From assembly GCF_030028105.1 (NCBI RefSeq), contig NC_092382.1, positions 100,084,699 to 100,148,698 on the forward strand: a DNA stretch of 64,000 bases. The letters are read 5' to 3'. Position 1 is the first letter of the stretch. Each line of letters begins with the position of its first letter. A program made the position numbers and the translations under genes. The notes under the pieces are model-generated. The model saw nothing but the letters and a program-made list of their open reading frames with translations, did not search any database and was not told the DNA's origin. Source of the DNA: Mobula birostris (taxonomy: Eukaryota). Of this stretch, positions 36,215 to 49,483 are shown in pieces.

Positions 36215-37529
36215 TCTCGCCCTCACGTCGGGAGGACTATTACCACCGTATAACACTTTCCGGCAGCAGATGATTGAGAATCGTTGCTGAGTTTCCATCT
36301 CGACCGGGGGCACGGACAACTGATCGAGTGCTGGCGTTCCCTTCATGCTCGGTGTGATATATCCGTCTGCCTGATTTGGGATCAGATAATTTGAATGTCC
36401 TCCGCCTGTGCCGTTAGTCCCACTCCATACCAATTCGCACGCGGATTCTCCCCTGTTCTCTCCCTCTCTCCGCCCTACAATCCCCGTCTCCCCACTAAGC
36501 CTCTCTTGTCGTGTCCTACCTTTTCGCAAATATCCAGAGTACCTTTCAAGACATTGCTCTATATTCTGTTGAGATAAGCGCTCCGAATGCGTCACCGTTC
36601 ATTTCCGTTGTTGCGTCTCAGTCTTCAGTTCGTTTCCAACAACATCTGCGAGTAGCTTCACCGACACGAAACGTCATGATGCGCGCTGGCAAAGACATTA
36701 CCCAGGTGCGGAAGAAAGACTGACTCCAATGTCGCGACCATAAAACTTCATAAGATTTCCAACAGACGATCAGGTGTAACAACTGAGTGTTACCGAGAGA
36801 AATAATATTATCAAAACTAGGACCCCGCGATTAAATTTGATCGGGCGTTCCTTTTCGTCACACACACACCAAACATTCATTTTGTTATCGAAGTCTGCAT
36901 GCGGAATACAATACTGAAATTTCCCTTCTCCAGATAGACATAAAATACCGAAAAGCATTGAAGAATTTGGAAGAAAGCCATCTGTTTCATCCCCCGGACG
37001 ATAACAAAAGAAACAAAACCGCGCAAATTAAACCCCCACAACAACTCCCAGGCAAAAAAACTAACAGAACGCCAACAGGGAAAAACAGTGTGAACAGCAA
37101 ACCCCAAACCGCAAACCGCCAGCGCGCCAATTGGCAACACGAAAGAATGAGCGAGAACAGAACGAAACAAATCACTGAAAGAGGCCGAAGTTAACTGTAG
37201 GTCGATTAAACTGCAGTCCGGTCCAGAATCTCTGAATGGCCAGGTCACCTCCGAGCGCATCGGGACCAGAGAGCGGTATTTCGAACCAGCGGCCCCTCCA
37301 GGGGATGGGACTTAAATGCTCGAACCCGTCCGAAAGCAACAAACCGAACCTAACGGCCTCACCGAGAACCGCTCGCTCTCATCTACATTTGCCTCCATGT
37401 TTCAATCCTCCTCGAGTCTTCAATCGGCGAGAAACCTCGGCGGTCACAGCCTGCCGTCCCGTCTCCGAGGTTCTCTGCTGGAGTTTTCTGGGGCACGGGA
37501 AAGCGCTCGCTCACGCAACCGAACGATAG

Positions 37530-37850
37530 ATTAGTCCGGCCATTTTCCTCTGAACTCTCTAAGTAACCACAATGTTCCGTAAGCTGAAAAATGCGGAATC
37601 TAGAGACTGTCGTGCGAGAAAACCCCGGGAGAACAGCAATTCCTGAGATGCACAAACCACGATATCTGTCACTAAAACTAACTGCACTGTCAACGTCAGC
37701 CGGGTCACATTCCAACACCCCCCCCCGCCCCCATTCAGAAACTTGGTTTGAAAAAAACAACTGAAACTCAGGCAAATCCTGTACGTTTGAAGCATTGAGT
37801 TGCTGACAGTTGGTTGGATGAGATGATATTTACATTAACGAGAGCAGCAT
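37530..37850 (-). mobile_element. Tc1-like DNA transposon remnant
   Basis: Same family as 40340-40870 and 53990-54515 (tctagagactgt...gaaaa.ccc.ggaga.cagca). Confidence 0.5.
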
Positions 37851-37994
37851 GCCAATTGATGTAAAACTGCTTCCCAGAGATATGTTCCTCCCAGCTTCGA
37901 ATCCTTCTAACGTATCTGTGTTGCATGATTTCATCTTGGGCCTAGACGTCAGCTTCGCCACAATTTCAACCGTCCAAAGGAGGGACACTGCAGC

Positions 37995-38007
37995 GGAAGT
38001 GACGTCA
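37995..38007 (+). promoter_or_regulatory. Perfect TRBV decamer AGTGACGTCA with overlapping ETS site
   Basis: GGAAGTGACGTCA ~95 bp upstream of ATG 38102. Confidence 0.8.
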
Positions 38008-38101
38008 TTGCCGCAGCATTGTCCTTTATATCAGACCATCAGACAGATCTGACACTGATCTGCATTCGACTCAACACAAAGGAAGTGTCCGCGTCCTTTA
38101 A

Positions 38102-39012
38102 ATGATGAGACAGCGGCGGGCACTTTGCCTCCCGCTGATTGCCGTGGTGATCCCGGGTAAGTCAAAAGCACAGGTCTTGGCAAAGGACAGTGCGGAATGT
38201 ATCTTTTGATTCTACGTCATTGAGTATCGAACCTAGTTAGGCCTGGGTGATTACCGGGTTATAATTAAAATATTTGATGCCCAACATTCAGCCATGTGCC
38301 TGATTACAAATATTCCTCCCTCTGATAAATCGTTAACGCGCTTGTCAGAGCGACCCACTATGGACTGGGGTATAACACGTCCCCTTCTGTTATGCTATAA
38401 AACTTCGAAAAGGATATCGGCTATTTCTCTGAGGGGGTATGTGGGGTCCCGGACGCGGATCAAGTGCGAGTATGCGAACGATTTTAAACACCAGTTCTTC
38501 ACTGTGGTTCAATGCAACTTGTTTTAACTGAAGAAGAGTAGGTGTGAATCGGGCGGTATATTGTTCCTACTGCACGTCGGATAGTATTGTGAATCTTCGA
38601 GTTTATTGAATAAGGCCCTGGGTCTTCGCAAAAAAATCCGTCCTTTCCTTCTCTCCAGCCTCCGCGCGCTCTGATTAACAATTGAGAGATTAGAGTCTCA
38701 TCGAATTTTGTTTAACAGGGATTGTGGCCGCGTACGTGGAGCAGTCGCCTTCTTCCCTGTCAATCGGACAGGGAGAGTCTGCCAGCGTGTCGTGTATTCT
38801 GCTGAATACGGACTATCAAATCATGTATTGGTACAGACAGCGATCGGACCGGGCAATAGATTGCCTCTTCTATTCTGCTGGGCAAGGTTCGGTGACAAAC
38901 TACACATCCGATTCCTACACGGCGCCAAGACCGAGCAACACTCTGTTTCAACTGGAACTGGGACGGGCATCGGCCTCCCACTCCGCCGTCTACTACTGCG
39001 CTTGTGGTAGCG
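38102..39012 (+). CDS. TRBV: TCR beta V segment, family A (A3), intact
   Basis: Leader 38102-38156, exon 38719-39012 ending YYCACGS; RSS CACAGAA 39013-39019, 23 nt, ACAAAAACC 39043-39051. Confidence 0.88.
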
Positions 39013-39090
39013 CACAGAAGTTCAGATAACGAGTCTCCCACTACAAAAACCTTCCAGCCTATCGCAGGGAGGCTCAGTGGCCATGTTGTA

Positions 39091-39105
39091 CCAGTAGGTG
39101 GCAGC
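39091..39105 (+). promoter_or_regulatory. CTCF motif
   Basis: CCAGTAGGTGGCAGC, ~40 bp after the A3 nonamer. Confidence 0.75.
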
Positions 39106-39689
39106 ACCAGTCTGTGTTCGGCTGCGCCTTTCTGTCACAAACCGACTTTCCCCGCCTGCTCCTGCTATCTCAGATATCGCATCGACTAGCAGAGGGGCTT
39201 TCATGAATAATGGTGTGTTATGGTATCTGCGCTGCAACTGACGGCACGAACCCTGAGAGGGCCCTTCGCACAGATGTGTCCTCTGTCCATACATCTCCTA
39301 AACTCAATAAAGCAACAATAAAGGACTCCAGTCACTACGCAGCAGTTTCTCTGCCGCTGTTAACCGACTCTCGGACCGGCCGCTTGTTCGAGAGGATGGT
39401 ACAATAATGTGGACTCCGAACTTCACAATCTACTCATTGTCGTCACCTGCACTGCGGTTTCCTCTGTCGCTTTTAAACTTTTTTGATGAAGCTCATTCCA
39501 CACCAGTGCACCATGTAATGATTCGATCTGTATGAATGGCATGCAAGACCAGCTCTCCACTCTAACTGGATAGGTGTGGAAATTATAAACGATTTTATCA
39601 ATTTACCTTTCTCTATCTCAGTGCACCGTGTAATGATTTCATCTCAGCGAACAAGCTTCCCGCCGCAAAAATGCATAAGGAGATCACTG

Positions 39690-40090
39690 CGGCCAAAATT
39701 TTAATTCCGATTCCCATTCACGTTTCGACCTGTTGGTCGATGGTCTCCTTTCGTGTCAAAAGCAGGCCAGTCTCAAGGCGGAGGGGCAACCGCTTATATG
39801 CGTGTACCCTCTAACCTGACGGTATGTATGACGATCCACCCACCCGCTTTTCACTTTTCAGAACTTTGACGTCTTCTCATCCAACTACCATTACCCCCAT
39901 CTGTCCTCCCCTCTGTCCCTTTTCCCCGTTTTCTACTCTCCTCTCCAATAATATTCTCTCTTCCCCAGCCCTTGACCTTTCCCAACTACCTGTCTTCACC
40001 TATCACCTTCCAGCTCGACGTTTTCCCGCCCCGCAAATATTTTATTGAGGCATCTACTCCCCTTCCTTCTCAGTCCTGATGAAGGATCTC
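39690..40090 (+). mobile_element. Penelope-like element remnant
   Basis: Paralogue at ~53300-53700 reads HCNPDSHSPSDVSVH...ATLKVEKQPLTFHLGSVQPDG. Confidence 0.55.
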
Positions 40091-40339
40091 GGCCTCAAAC
40101 GTCTAAATCTTACACTTTTCCATACGGAGTAGCACGATGCACAGCGCGACAACAGGAGAACTTTCACCGAGAGGTGCAGAGCGGACTTTTCGCCACACGT
40201 GGGCAGCAACAGTCTCCGTATCGTTGCTCATTGTCCAACTCGAATGGTACACAGCACTTTGCAAATGCTAACTTCTCGCACACACATCTGTGTCTTGTAC
40301 ACATATGTCATTATGGGGAGAACATCCATTTCATGATCT

Positions 40340-40870
40340 CCGGTACCTAATAAAATGGCCACTCACTGCATGTTCGTGGTCCTCTGCTATTGTGGGCGAT
40401 CCGCTTCAAGGTTCAACATATTGTGCAATCAGAGATGCTGTCTTGCACACCACTGTTTTAACACACGGTCATTTGAGTTACTGTCGCCTTCCTGTCAGCT
40501 TGAAAGAGCCTGGCTGTTCTCCTCTATCCTGTGGCTCTAACAGGGCGTTTTCACCCAAATAATTCCCACAAATGTCTTTTTTTTCGCGCCATTCTCTGTA
40601 AACACCAGAGAGGGTTGTGAGTCAGTTTCCCAGGATTTCAGTTGTTTCTGAGATACCCAACCTCTCCCGGACTGGCACCAATAACCATTTTACGGTCAAA
40701 GTTACTTATATCACATTTCTTCCCCATTTTGATGTTTGGGCTGAACGGCAATGCAACCTCTTGACAATGTCTGCATGCTTTTATGCCTTGACTTGCAGCA
40801 GCATGATTGGCTGATGAGACGTTTGCATTAACGAGTTAGTGTACAGCCATCTCATAAGGCGGCCACTTCA
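40340..40870 (-). mobile_element. Tc1-like transposon remnant
   Basis: taataaa.tggccact ends; colinear with 53990-54515. Confidence 0.65.
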
Positions 40871-41279
40871 TCTTAGTAACTTGAATGAAAACGTAGATAT
40901 GTGGGTTCGTAAGTCAGCAAACGACACAATGATTGGCGGTGGCGTGGATACCCGAGTCGGTTGTCAAAGAAACGAGAGGGAAATATATGTATTCGGTGCA
41001 CAGCTGTAGCTAATAGAGCGGCCGCTGAGTGTATGATTTCTTCTCCTTATTATCTCCTCTGCATATTACCGCTGCTCCTCCTCAAGTCAAGTCGCTATTC
41101 GTTGTCATTTCGACCACAAAAATTGCTGGTACAGTTCACACTAAAAATGAAGCAACGTTCCTCCATGACCATGAAACAACACAAAACTACACTGAAGAAG
41201 TGAAGCAACGCAATCCTACACTGGACTACGTAAAACAAACCAAAAGCTGCACTAGACTACAGACCTACACAGGACTACA

Positions 41280-41600
41280 TAAAGGGTAAAAACAGTGCAG
41301 GGCAGGACTATAAATAATAAACAAGGCAACAGGGGGCAATATAATAATATAATATAATATAATATAATTACAATATAATAATACTAAATGTTGCAGATGC
41401 CAGTCTGAACTCTGGGTATTGAGGGGTCTGAGGGATTGGGGGAATAAATTGTTGCACAGTCTGGTTGTAGGAGCAGGTGGCAGGAGGGAGACGAGTTTGT
41501 ATGAGGAGTGCGTGGGGTCCTTTACAATACTGTTGGACTTACGGGTGCATCGTGTGGTGTAACTGTCTGTAATGGCGGAAAGAGAGATCCCGATGATCTT
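41280..41600 (-). mobile_element. Rex1-like LINE 3' remnant
   Basis: IVKDPTHSSYKLVSLLP...NLFPQSLRPLN on the minus strand; absent from the duplicate block at 54.6-54.9 kb. Confidence 0.6.
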
Positions 41601-41906
41601 CTCATCCAGAGGATGCAGTGACCCCACCCGGGGCCAGGAGCATAATGAGCGTGTTTGCTGGCTTCTGTTCCGACTTGGAGACGAACGCTGTTCGTTATCA
41701 GCCGGACAGCGGCTTGAAACCACAAATTCTGCATCAACCGGCCAGGAAATTCCCCGTAACTTTCACGCGATTTTAGCACGTCAGTCCAAGATCAGTAGAC
41801 ACAGACAAATTCTTTACAAATAATTCGGGAAGATGGATAGATAAATATTCAGATTGAGAAAGAGATAGATATATCGATAGATAGATAGACGGACAGACGG
41901 ATAGGC

Positions 41907-41949
<43 letters not shown>

Positions 41950-42359
41950 TGTGTCTGTGCGTGCACGCGCTCGCGTGGGACCCCTGAGTGTAGGTTTTGT
42001 TCTCCGTATTGTCGCCTCTGCATACCCTCTCTGCTTTTTCTACTCTTTCGTCATCTCCATCCAGAAGTTCCCCGGCCGGGGTTAGAATCATATCTTATAT
42101 TATTGATCGCTTGTCTTCTTACAAGGAGACAAAGGATATTTGTTTATCCCACTCCCTTCCCCGCACAGCTGCTGTAAAACCACATCTTCTGCATCAAGGC
42201 ACCTCGAAATTCCCTGTGACTTTGACGCGCTTTCAGCCTGGGAGTCCAGGATCAGCAGGCACACACAGATGCATTACCAATAACTCAGGGAGATAGGCAT
42301 AGATAGAGCCATCTCTGTGTATTTATGGAAGTGTGTGCGTCTGAGCGTGTCTGTGCGTG

Positions 42360-42393
<34 letters not shown>

Positions 42394-42601
42394 TGTTTCT
42401 GTGAGTGAGTCATTTCCTCACTAACCCGACCGCTACTCAAATTTAGCTTTCGAATGACGACAGAAGAAATTACACAGGAAGTGACAGACGTCAAAGGGCC
42501 AATCGGCAAGAGCAACTATAACGGGAAGCTCGAAACCGTTATTTTGAAAGCTGGTCTTGAACAGCACTCCATCCCAAAGCCTGCCAACGTCTATCCTGTG
42601 A

Positions 42602-43051
42602 ATGATGGTGCGAGGGACATATTGTCTTACGCTAATCGTGGCATTGATCCCGCGTAAGTCAGGATAACAATGGATCTGGGGAAGGTAACTCAGGTTCAGT
42701 AAACGGGCTACCGTTTGTTGACAGAAATTATGCTCTAATGGAATTTCTCCCTTGCAGGGATTATGGCCGCGTACGTGAAGCAGTCGCCCCCTTCCCTGTC
42801 AGTTGGATTGGGACAGTCAAGCACCGTCAATTGCACGCTGCTGAATTTGAAGTATGATTATATGTATTGGTACAGACAGCGACCTGACGGGGCAATAGAA
42901 GCTCTTTTCTATTCTACTGGGAAAGATATAGTCAGGAATTACACGTCGGAATCCTACGCGGCAGCAAGATCCAGCAGCACTTTCTTTCAACTGGAACTAA
43001 AGAACACCTCGCACTCTCACTCGGCCGTCTATTTCTGCGCCTGTAGTAGCG
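42602..43051 (+). CDS. TRBV: TCR beta V segment, family A', intact
   Basis: Leader 42602-42653 (MMVRGTYCLTLIVALIP), 104-nt intron, exon 42758-43051; RSS CACAGAG 43052-43058, 23 nt, ACAAAAACT 43082-43090; promoter GGAAGTGACAGACGTCA+CCAAT at ~42477-42503. Confidence 0.88.
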
Positions 43052-43132
43052 CACAGAGGTTGAGAAGTCGAGCCGCCTCTGACAAAAACTGTTCTGCACA
43101 ATCGTTGAAGGCTCAGAACCCGCGTTTTCTCA

Positions 43133-43147
43133 CCACTAGAGGTCGCT
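43133..43147 (+). promoter_or_regulatory. CTCF motif
   Basis: CCACTAGAGGTCGCT, ~43 bp after the nonamer. Confidence 0.62.
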
Positions 43148-43504
43148 GCACATTGAGCTTCACTGTCAGGGTCGCGTCCAGCACAACACTGCAATTGCCT
43201 TTTGATTCTTCTCATCCACATAGCTTAAGTAAATCGGGTACATTGAGATTAAAGGGGGAGATGAAGAAAGAGATACGGAGGGACGAGGAGAGCGCCAGAG
43301 AGGGAGAGAGTTGTCTAGTCAACTTGGTAGAGTAAAGAACTACACCCCTCGAATCATGTTGGAGCAGATAAGGGGCGTGGCCAATCGATATTCCGCAAAT
43401 CCACCTACGTCACTGATGTAATAACCATCCGCGTTGAGTGAATGGATTATTTGTCTGCTGCACGCACCACTTTAATGACGAAGAGACTAAACCCTCCAGG
43501 AAGG

Positions 43505-44128
43505 ATGTTTCTATTTCTGAACTTCATTCTCGCCTTCCACTGTGAGTGAAAGTCGACAAATAGATTTTAATCTCTCTCTGCTTATGCCTGGCGTTCACGT
43601 TTCAGTCACTTGTTGTCTTGGACTCATTATTTATCTACTTACAAGCCGTCGCGTCCGCATACGATCTGCCCTCTGCCGCAGCCTGTAAATTCCAATCTCC
43701 TCTAGAGCTTTTCCCGACTGCAATCCTCCACTTTGCTTCCGTCAGTGCACCCTCTTTCTGCCCTTTCCCATTGACCAGCCTCTCCGTGTCCATTCACCCC
43801 GTTCTGCCTCCCCCGTCTCTTATTTCCAGACGTGAGCTCGGTGACGATCAACCAGATTCCGGCTTTCTGGGGAACTGCCGGCCAGAAGGTGACCCTGCGT
43901 TGCACAGCAGAGGGTAGTGCCAGTGCTGATAACTACTTGTACTGGTACCGACAACGCGCGGGAAAGGGTCCGGAGAACATGTTTTACTCGACGGCAGCTA
44001 AATTCGTCCAGCCAGAGGGATTGGTCGACGGTTTTAGGGCGGAGAGACCGCAGAGCAACGAGCTCTTCCTGAAGTCCGACAAACTGGAGGCGACTTCGTC
44101 GGCCGTGTATTTCTGCGCCTGGAGTATT
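43505..44128 (+). CDS. TRBV: TCR beta V segment, family B (B10), intact
   Basis: Leader 43505-43541, exon 43830-44128; RSS CACGGTG 44129-44135, 23 nt, ACAAAAGCT 44159-44167. Confidence 0.87.
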
Positions 44129-45777
44129 CACGGTGGCTCAGACTGATGGAGCAGCTGTACAAAAGCTTCTCCGTCAGTCGGGTCGTTTTTGCACCGAAAC
44201 AGGAAATACGATGTCTGTAAATCATAGGGTGGGAGGCAGGTCTATCAGTCAGGCGGTGCGCCGCAGCTGCCAATCAGTGAAAAATGGGGCGGTCATATAG
44301 ATTTTCAGGTCCCCCCCTTCAGCATTCAGAAGGCTGAAGATAATCCGCCTGCTGATTTCTCACCTCATCCTTTCCTGTCATGTGCAGTCTTCCCACAAGT
44401 CCTCTTTACGGAAAGATCGTGTCTTCTGTGTGTGTCCGAACAGCGCTCAGATCTCCCGCTCTTTGTGTGAATGGTGGTGAGTGACGGGGGAGTGACGGCG
44501 TGCAGGGGCCGGATACACACCGTGAATCCTCCCGCTGGCAGCACGAAACAAAGAAAAACCATGGAATCCTTTAAAAGTACATCATGAAATGCCCATCACA
44601 GGAGAGAAAAAAGGAACAGCAGCGAGCCAGCAAACAAACTATTAAACATCAAATCACCGAAACCGCGGAAGCGGTCACCGATGTCACGGAGTGATTTTTG
44701 CTGAGCTCTCTGTCGGTGAATGCAGTTCACATCCACGGAACCTGTTCCGCAATGAAGCGCCTCGATTAGATCGAGCAAATCGGAAAAAACAGTCACGAAA
44801 CACGCGTGGCTCCTGAACTGAAGAGTTATCCAAATGCGAATCATCGAAAAGCGAGCATAAATGAGAGCGAGGTGATCGGAAGAGCAAATGATAGGCTGTG
44901 TGATGGACAGAATGGAAGTTGGGAAAGATGGAAGCGACACACACAAATTCCTGGAGCAACTCAGCAGGCAAGCCATCCTCTTTGGAAAAGAGTACATTCG
45001 ACGCTTTTTGCCGAGAACCTTCATCAGGACGGGAGAAGTAAAAGATGAGTCTGAGTACGAAGGTGTTGGAAGGGGAGTAAGAAACACAAGGTGATCGGAG
45101 ACCCCGGGAGAGAGTGGGGGGGGGGGCGCGTGGTGTTGAAGTAAATAGCTGGAAGTTGATCGCTGCGAAATTGGCAGGGCTGGAGACGGGGGGATCTGAT
45201 GGGAGAGGACAGAAGGCCATGGGAGAAGGAAAAGCGGGTGCAGTACCAGAGGGAGATGATGCGAAGGAGGGGATAAGGTGAAAAAAGGAAATGGGAATGG
45301 GAAATGGTGAAGGGAATTGTATGGTTCTGTTGCTGCAACTGACTTTATCCCTCTGGCGTTAGTGAGTTGCATTATTTGTATTCTTTCCTTCCCTCTTTCT
45401 CTCCGTTTTCCTTACATTTGTCTTACCCCTTTAAAACGTAGTCACGTGGCTAAGGCGTTAAGCCGTTCGTCTGCTGATCTGAAGGTCGCCGAGTCGAGCC
45501 CTAGCTGAGGCAGCGTGCTGTGTCCTTGAGTAAGGCACATAACCATACCAACCTCTCTGTCTGTGTGAGGAGTGCCGCGCCACACAGTCTTCGTTCCGCG
45601 CCTTGTAAGGCATAAAAATGCCCGACGCTGGCCTCTTTGGCCTGAGTCGACGATCCTTTAAAACGTGGTCTCATTCTATCTGTGGTTCGCACCCCCCACC
45701 CCCACCCCCCGCCCCCCAACTGGTCCTTCGCGTTCATTCACCTTGATCCGAGCCCACACGCCTCCACCTGTCACCAA

Positions 45778-45792
45778 CCAGCAGGGGGCGCT
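45778..45792 (+). promoter_or_regulatory. CTCF motif (intergenic)
   Basis: CCAGCAGGGGGCGCT, consensus match. Confidence 0.75.
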
Positions 45793-46089
45793 GAAATGTA
45801 ACAAACTTAAAGAGATTGGGGTGCTGAACTCATGCGTGGCTGGCCTGAGGGAGGCGCTGCTGTCAATATAATAGCAGATGACAAGCGATTCTGCAAATAC
45901 AAAATACCTTGAGCTCCAGGCAGTGGACTGGAGGAACGGTGCGGAGGCCAGAAGAAGAAGAAGAAGGTGGGGGAGGGGAAAGAGTACAAGCTGCCAGTTT
46001 GACAGCAAAGACCAGGCGAATAGATGCTGGGTGTCTAGGGTTTTCCGGACTAGATGTGAGAAGCTGGGTGGTGGTAGGTCGAACAGCTA

Positions 46090-46320
46090 AACGGTTGAAC
46101 AAGAAGGAATCTGAAAGGCGAGGGTAGTGCACGCTAGAACAAATGGAAGGTGGAGAGGAACCAGAGGGAGGTCATTGGGAGGTGCGTTGAAGTGACGAGG
46201 TGAGAGTGTGTGCAGAATAGGGATTGGTGAAAACAGGGAAGCGGGAGGGGAGAGATTATCATCAGGTGGACAAATTGATGTTTATGCCATCAGGATAGTG
46301 GCGATCGAGACTTGTTTCGT
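46090..46320 (-). mobile_element. Penelope-like element remnant; related piece at ~44930-45330
   Basis: Minus strand cctgatggcataaacatcaattt matches the QPDGMNIDF-type terminus seen at 24.0 kb. Confidence 0.45.
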
Positions 46321-46323
46321 AAA

Positions 46324-46379
<56 letters not shown>

Positions 46380-47109
46380 GCGCGCACACAAAATGTAAGG
46401 ACAGTATCACCGACCCCGTCACCGAACGGGGGGCCCGGGTTCCAGCATCACGGCCACGGAGGGCACCGATCACAGACTGCGGTTGGCGGATTACGAGAGG
46501 AGGGTATCCGATACTCCAGATTCAAAACCCTCGAGGAACTCGGCTCGTCAGGCAGCATCTATGGAGGAGAAGCCTCAGACGGAGATCCTTCATCAACACT
46601 GGAAAGGAATAGAGAAGCAGTGGGGCCGGAGAAGGTTTGCAAGACGGCGGCTGATGCGTGAGAATTTGGGAGATGATGCAGGAAACTAGAGGGGCATAGA
46701 ATGGAGAGGTAAAGGATAGAGAAAGATGAAATCTGTCACGGCAGAACAGAGAGTAAAGGGAAAGAGAGGAGAACCAGTGGAAGGTGATGAGAAAGTGAGG
46801 AGAAACAAAGGGCTGAGAAGGTAATCAGAATGGGGAATCGAAAATGTGACAAGACATAATGGGGAAGTAAGCACTGGGAACACAACTCAGTGAATGTCAG
46901 TAGATGCATTTTAAACAGACGCGATAATGGCCTGAAGCTGCTATTAAGTGTTATGGGCTTATGTTCCACGTTCTTTCCAAGATAATCCAAACGTCAAGCA
47001 CACTGCCCATATCATTTGGATGAAAGGAAAATGAAATTCTACGATTATACGTTGGATGACGGAACTGATGGCTTCGTGGGCAGCTCTGCGAGCAGTACGA
47101 AGATAAGGG

Positions 47110-47520
47110 ATGAGACAGGAGGTGCAATCACTGCAGAAGGACTGCGAACAGATTGGTAGAAAGGGCAAAGGAATGGTACTTTGGAGAACGGTATTATCAT
47201 GCACTTCAGTAGAAGAAATAAAAGCTGTAACAATTTACTAAGTGCAGAGAAAATTGAAAAATACGAGATTCAAAGGGACTTGGAAACGATTTCCCAAATG
47301 TTCAATGGCCGGTTAAGTCGGTGGTGAGTAAAGCAAATGCAATGTCAGCATTCGAGACAACTCGAATATGTAAGATGTAATGTTGAGATTTTAGAAAGGA
47401 CCGATCAGGCCTCAGATTGAGTATTGTGAACTGTGTTGGGCCCTTTATCTATGATCGGATGAGTTGAAATTAGAGAACGTTTAAAGAAGGCGTACGAGAA
47501 TGATTCGGACGTTTTGAGAC
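47110..47520 (+). mobile_element. Old CR1 LINE remnant
   Basis: Degenerate match to the 4.1-4.5 kb LINE segment (atgcacttcagtagaag, aagggacttgga, gagtattgtg). Confidence 0.6.
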
Positions 47521-48512
47521 GAGCCCCTTCATCACGAGATTTCTGGTGACAATCAGCGAGTGGACGCCGGGCAGTCGGAGTGACAGATTAGGTGATTAAC
47601 TTATACGCGAGATCGCACTTTCATGCTCCATGCATTTTGCTGCTTAGGGAGTCAACTCACTGAACCTACCCTCGGCCAAAGCTTCCATTGCGACCCCTCT
47701 CGGGAAAGAGTTACATTTTATTCATGCTGGGTATATCTGCAACCTCGAACCTTGGTAAGAGCATGAAGAAAGGCAAGGACACATATTCTTGCAGAATGAT
47801 AGTGAAGAAAAATATCGTCTTCCTTTCAGATCTGCTCTCTCTACCTCTCTGTAATTTAGCAAGATAGCAGAGTGGGCGGCATGTGAAGGCACAGGATGCT
47901 ACCACTACGGAGCGTAAAAGCGCTGGGGTAAAAGTTATCTTGCACTTCTCGAAAGGTATGAAAGGGAACAAATTGGATGGGTGTCGACAAGCGCTAAGAG
48001 CCAGACATAGAAATAATGACATGGACAGAGAAAGAGAGCCAGAAAGATACGGAGACTGAGAAAGAGAGAGATTTTCTACCGAGGGCTGATCCATACAGGA
48101 CACAATGTTTCAGACGGTACAGCGCCAGGCCCACATCACGACATACCAGCGATTTCAGCGAAAGCGAGGTGCATTGTGGTCCGTTTTCTTTCACCGGTTT
48201 GTGTAGATTTCCGAAATTACAAAGTCTTGGGAGCATTAACAAAGTGCACACGGTGAGCTAAAGGGGAAGAGGAAAGAAGGGAGAGGGAGGAACCGGAACA
48301 GCGACAGAGAGAGTGTATTGCGAGTCCATACTGGTCGACCGTAAGCAGCAGCCCTAGAATCGGGTTGGATTATGGAAGAGGCGTGGCCAATTGCTACGCC
48401 CTCAAATCCACCTACGTCACTGGGTTATGTAACAAACCGGATAGGAGTGAATGAATTTGTCTCTGCCGCCCGGACCACTTTCATCACTGAGAGAGTAAAC
48501 CCTCCAAGGAAG

Positions 48513-49156
48513 ATGTTTCTGTTTCTGCAATTCATCCTCGCCTTCCGCTGTGAGTGAAAGTTCCAAATATTATTTTTTTTTTCATTCTCTGCTTCTGCCT
48601 TCCTTTCACGTTCCTTCCACTTGCTTTGCCCTCCCGTCCTCTCGGACTCATTCCTTATTTATTTGCGGTCCATCGCGTCCGCAGACGACCTGCCCTCTGC
48701 CGCCGCCATTAAATTCCGATCTCCTCTCGAAATGTCCCCCTCTTCAGTCATCTTCTTTTTGTACATTTCGATGCACACCCTGTTTATCCTCATCCCCATT
48801 GATCCGCATTTCCGCTTCCCTTCTCTCCGTTCAGCCAAGCCCGTCTCTTTTTTCCAGACGCGACCTCGGTGACGATCCACCAGACGCCGGCTTTCTCCGG
48901 AGCTGCCGGCCAGAAGGTGACCCTGCATTGCACAGTCGAGGGCAGCACCAGTGCTGATAACCGGTTGTACTGGTACCGACAACACCCGGGAAAGCGTCCG
49001 GAGAACATATTTTACTCAATCACAGCTAATTCCGTGTACCCGAAGGGATCGGTCGACGGTTTTACGGCGGAGAGACCGCATACCAACGAGTTCTCTCTGA
49101 AGTCCGACAAGCTGGAAACGAATTCGTCCGCGGTGTATTTTTGCGCGTGGAGTAAT
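48513..49156 (+). CDS. TRBV: TCR beta V segment, family B (B11), intact
   Basis: Leader 48513-48549, exon 48858-49156; RSS CACGGCG 49157-49163, 23 nt, ACAAAAACT 49187-49195. Confidence 0.88.
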
Positions 49157-49483
49157 CACGGCGGTTCAGAGTGATGGGGAAGCTGTACAAAAACTCCCAC
49201 TGTCAGGAAGGTCGCTGCTGGCAGCTGAAAAGGAAATGCGACGTCTGTAAATCTGCGGTTGGGAGGAGGGTCTATCAGTCAAGGCGCTGCGCCTTATCGA
49301 GCAATCAGTGAGAGAAGGGGCGGAACTATTGCATTTAATCTCCTACCCTTATTAAGCATTCATATGGGTGGAGATAATCCACGTACTAATCTCTCCACTC
49401 CATCCTGCATTTTCATGTACAATCCTCCCGCATATCTGCACTGCGAGATGCTCGCAACTTTTGAGTGCGACTGCCCATTGTCC

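Larger units (their letters stand above)
33840..37515 (+). repeat. Segmental duplicate of ~210-3930
   Basis: Colinear promoter, A gene, CTCF site, A' pseudogene and 3' flank; homology ends at the LINE junction at 3930. Confidence 0.85.
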
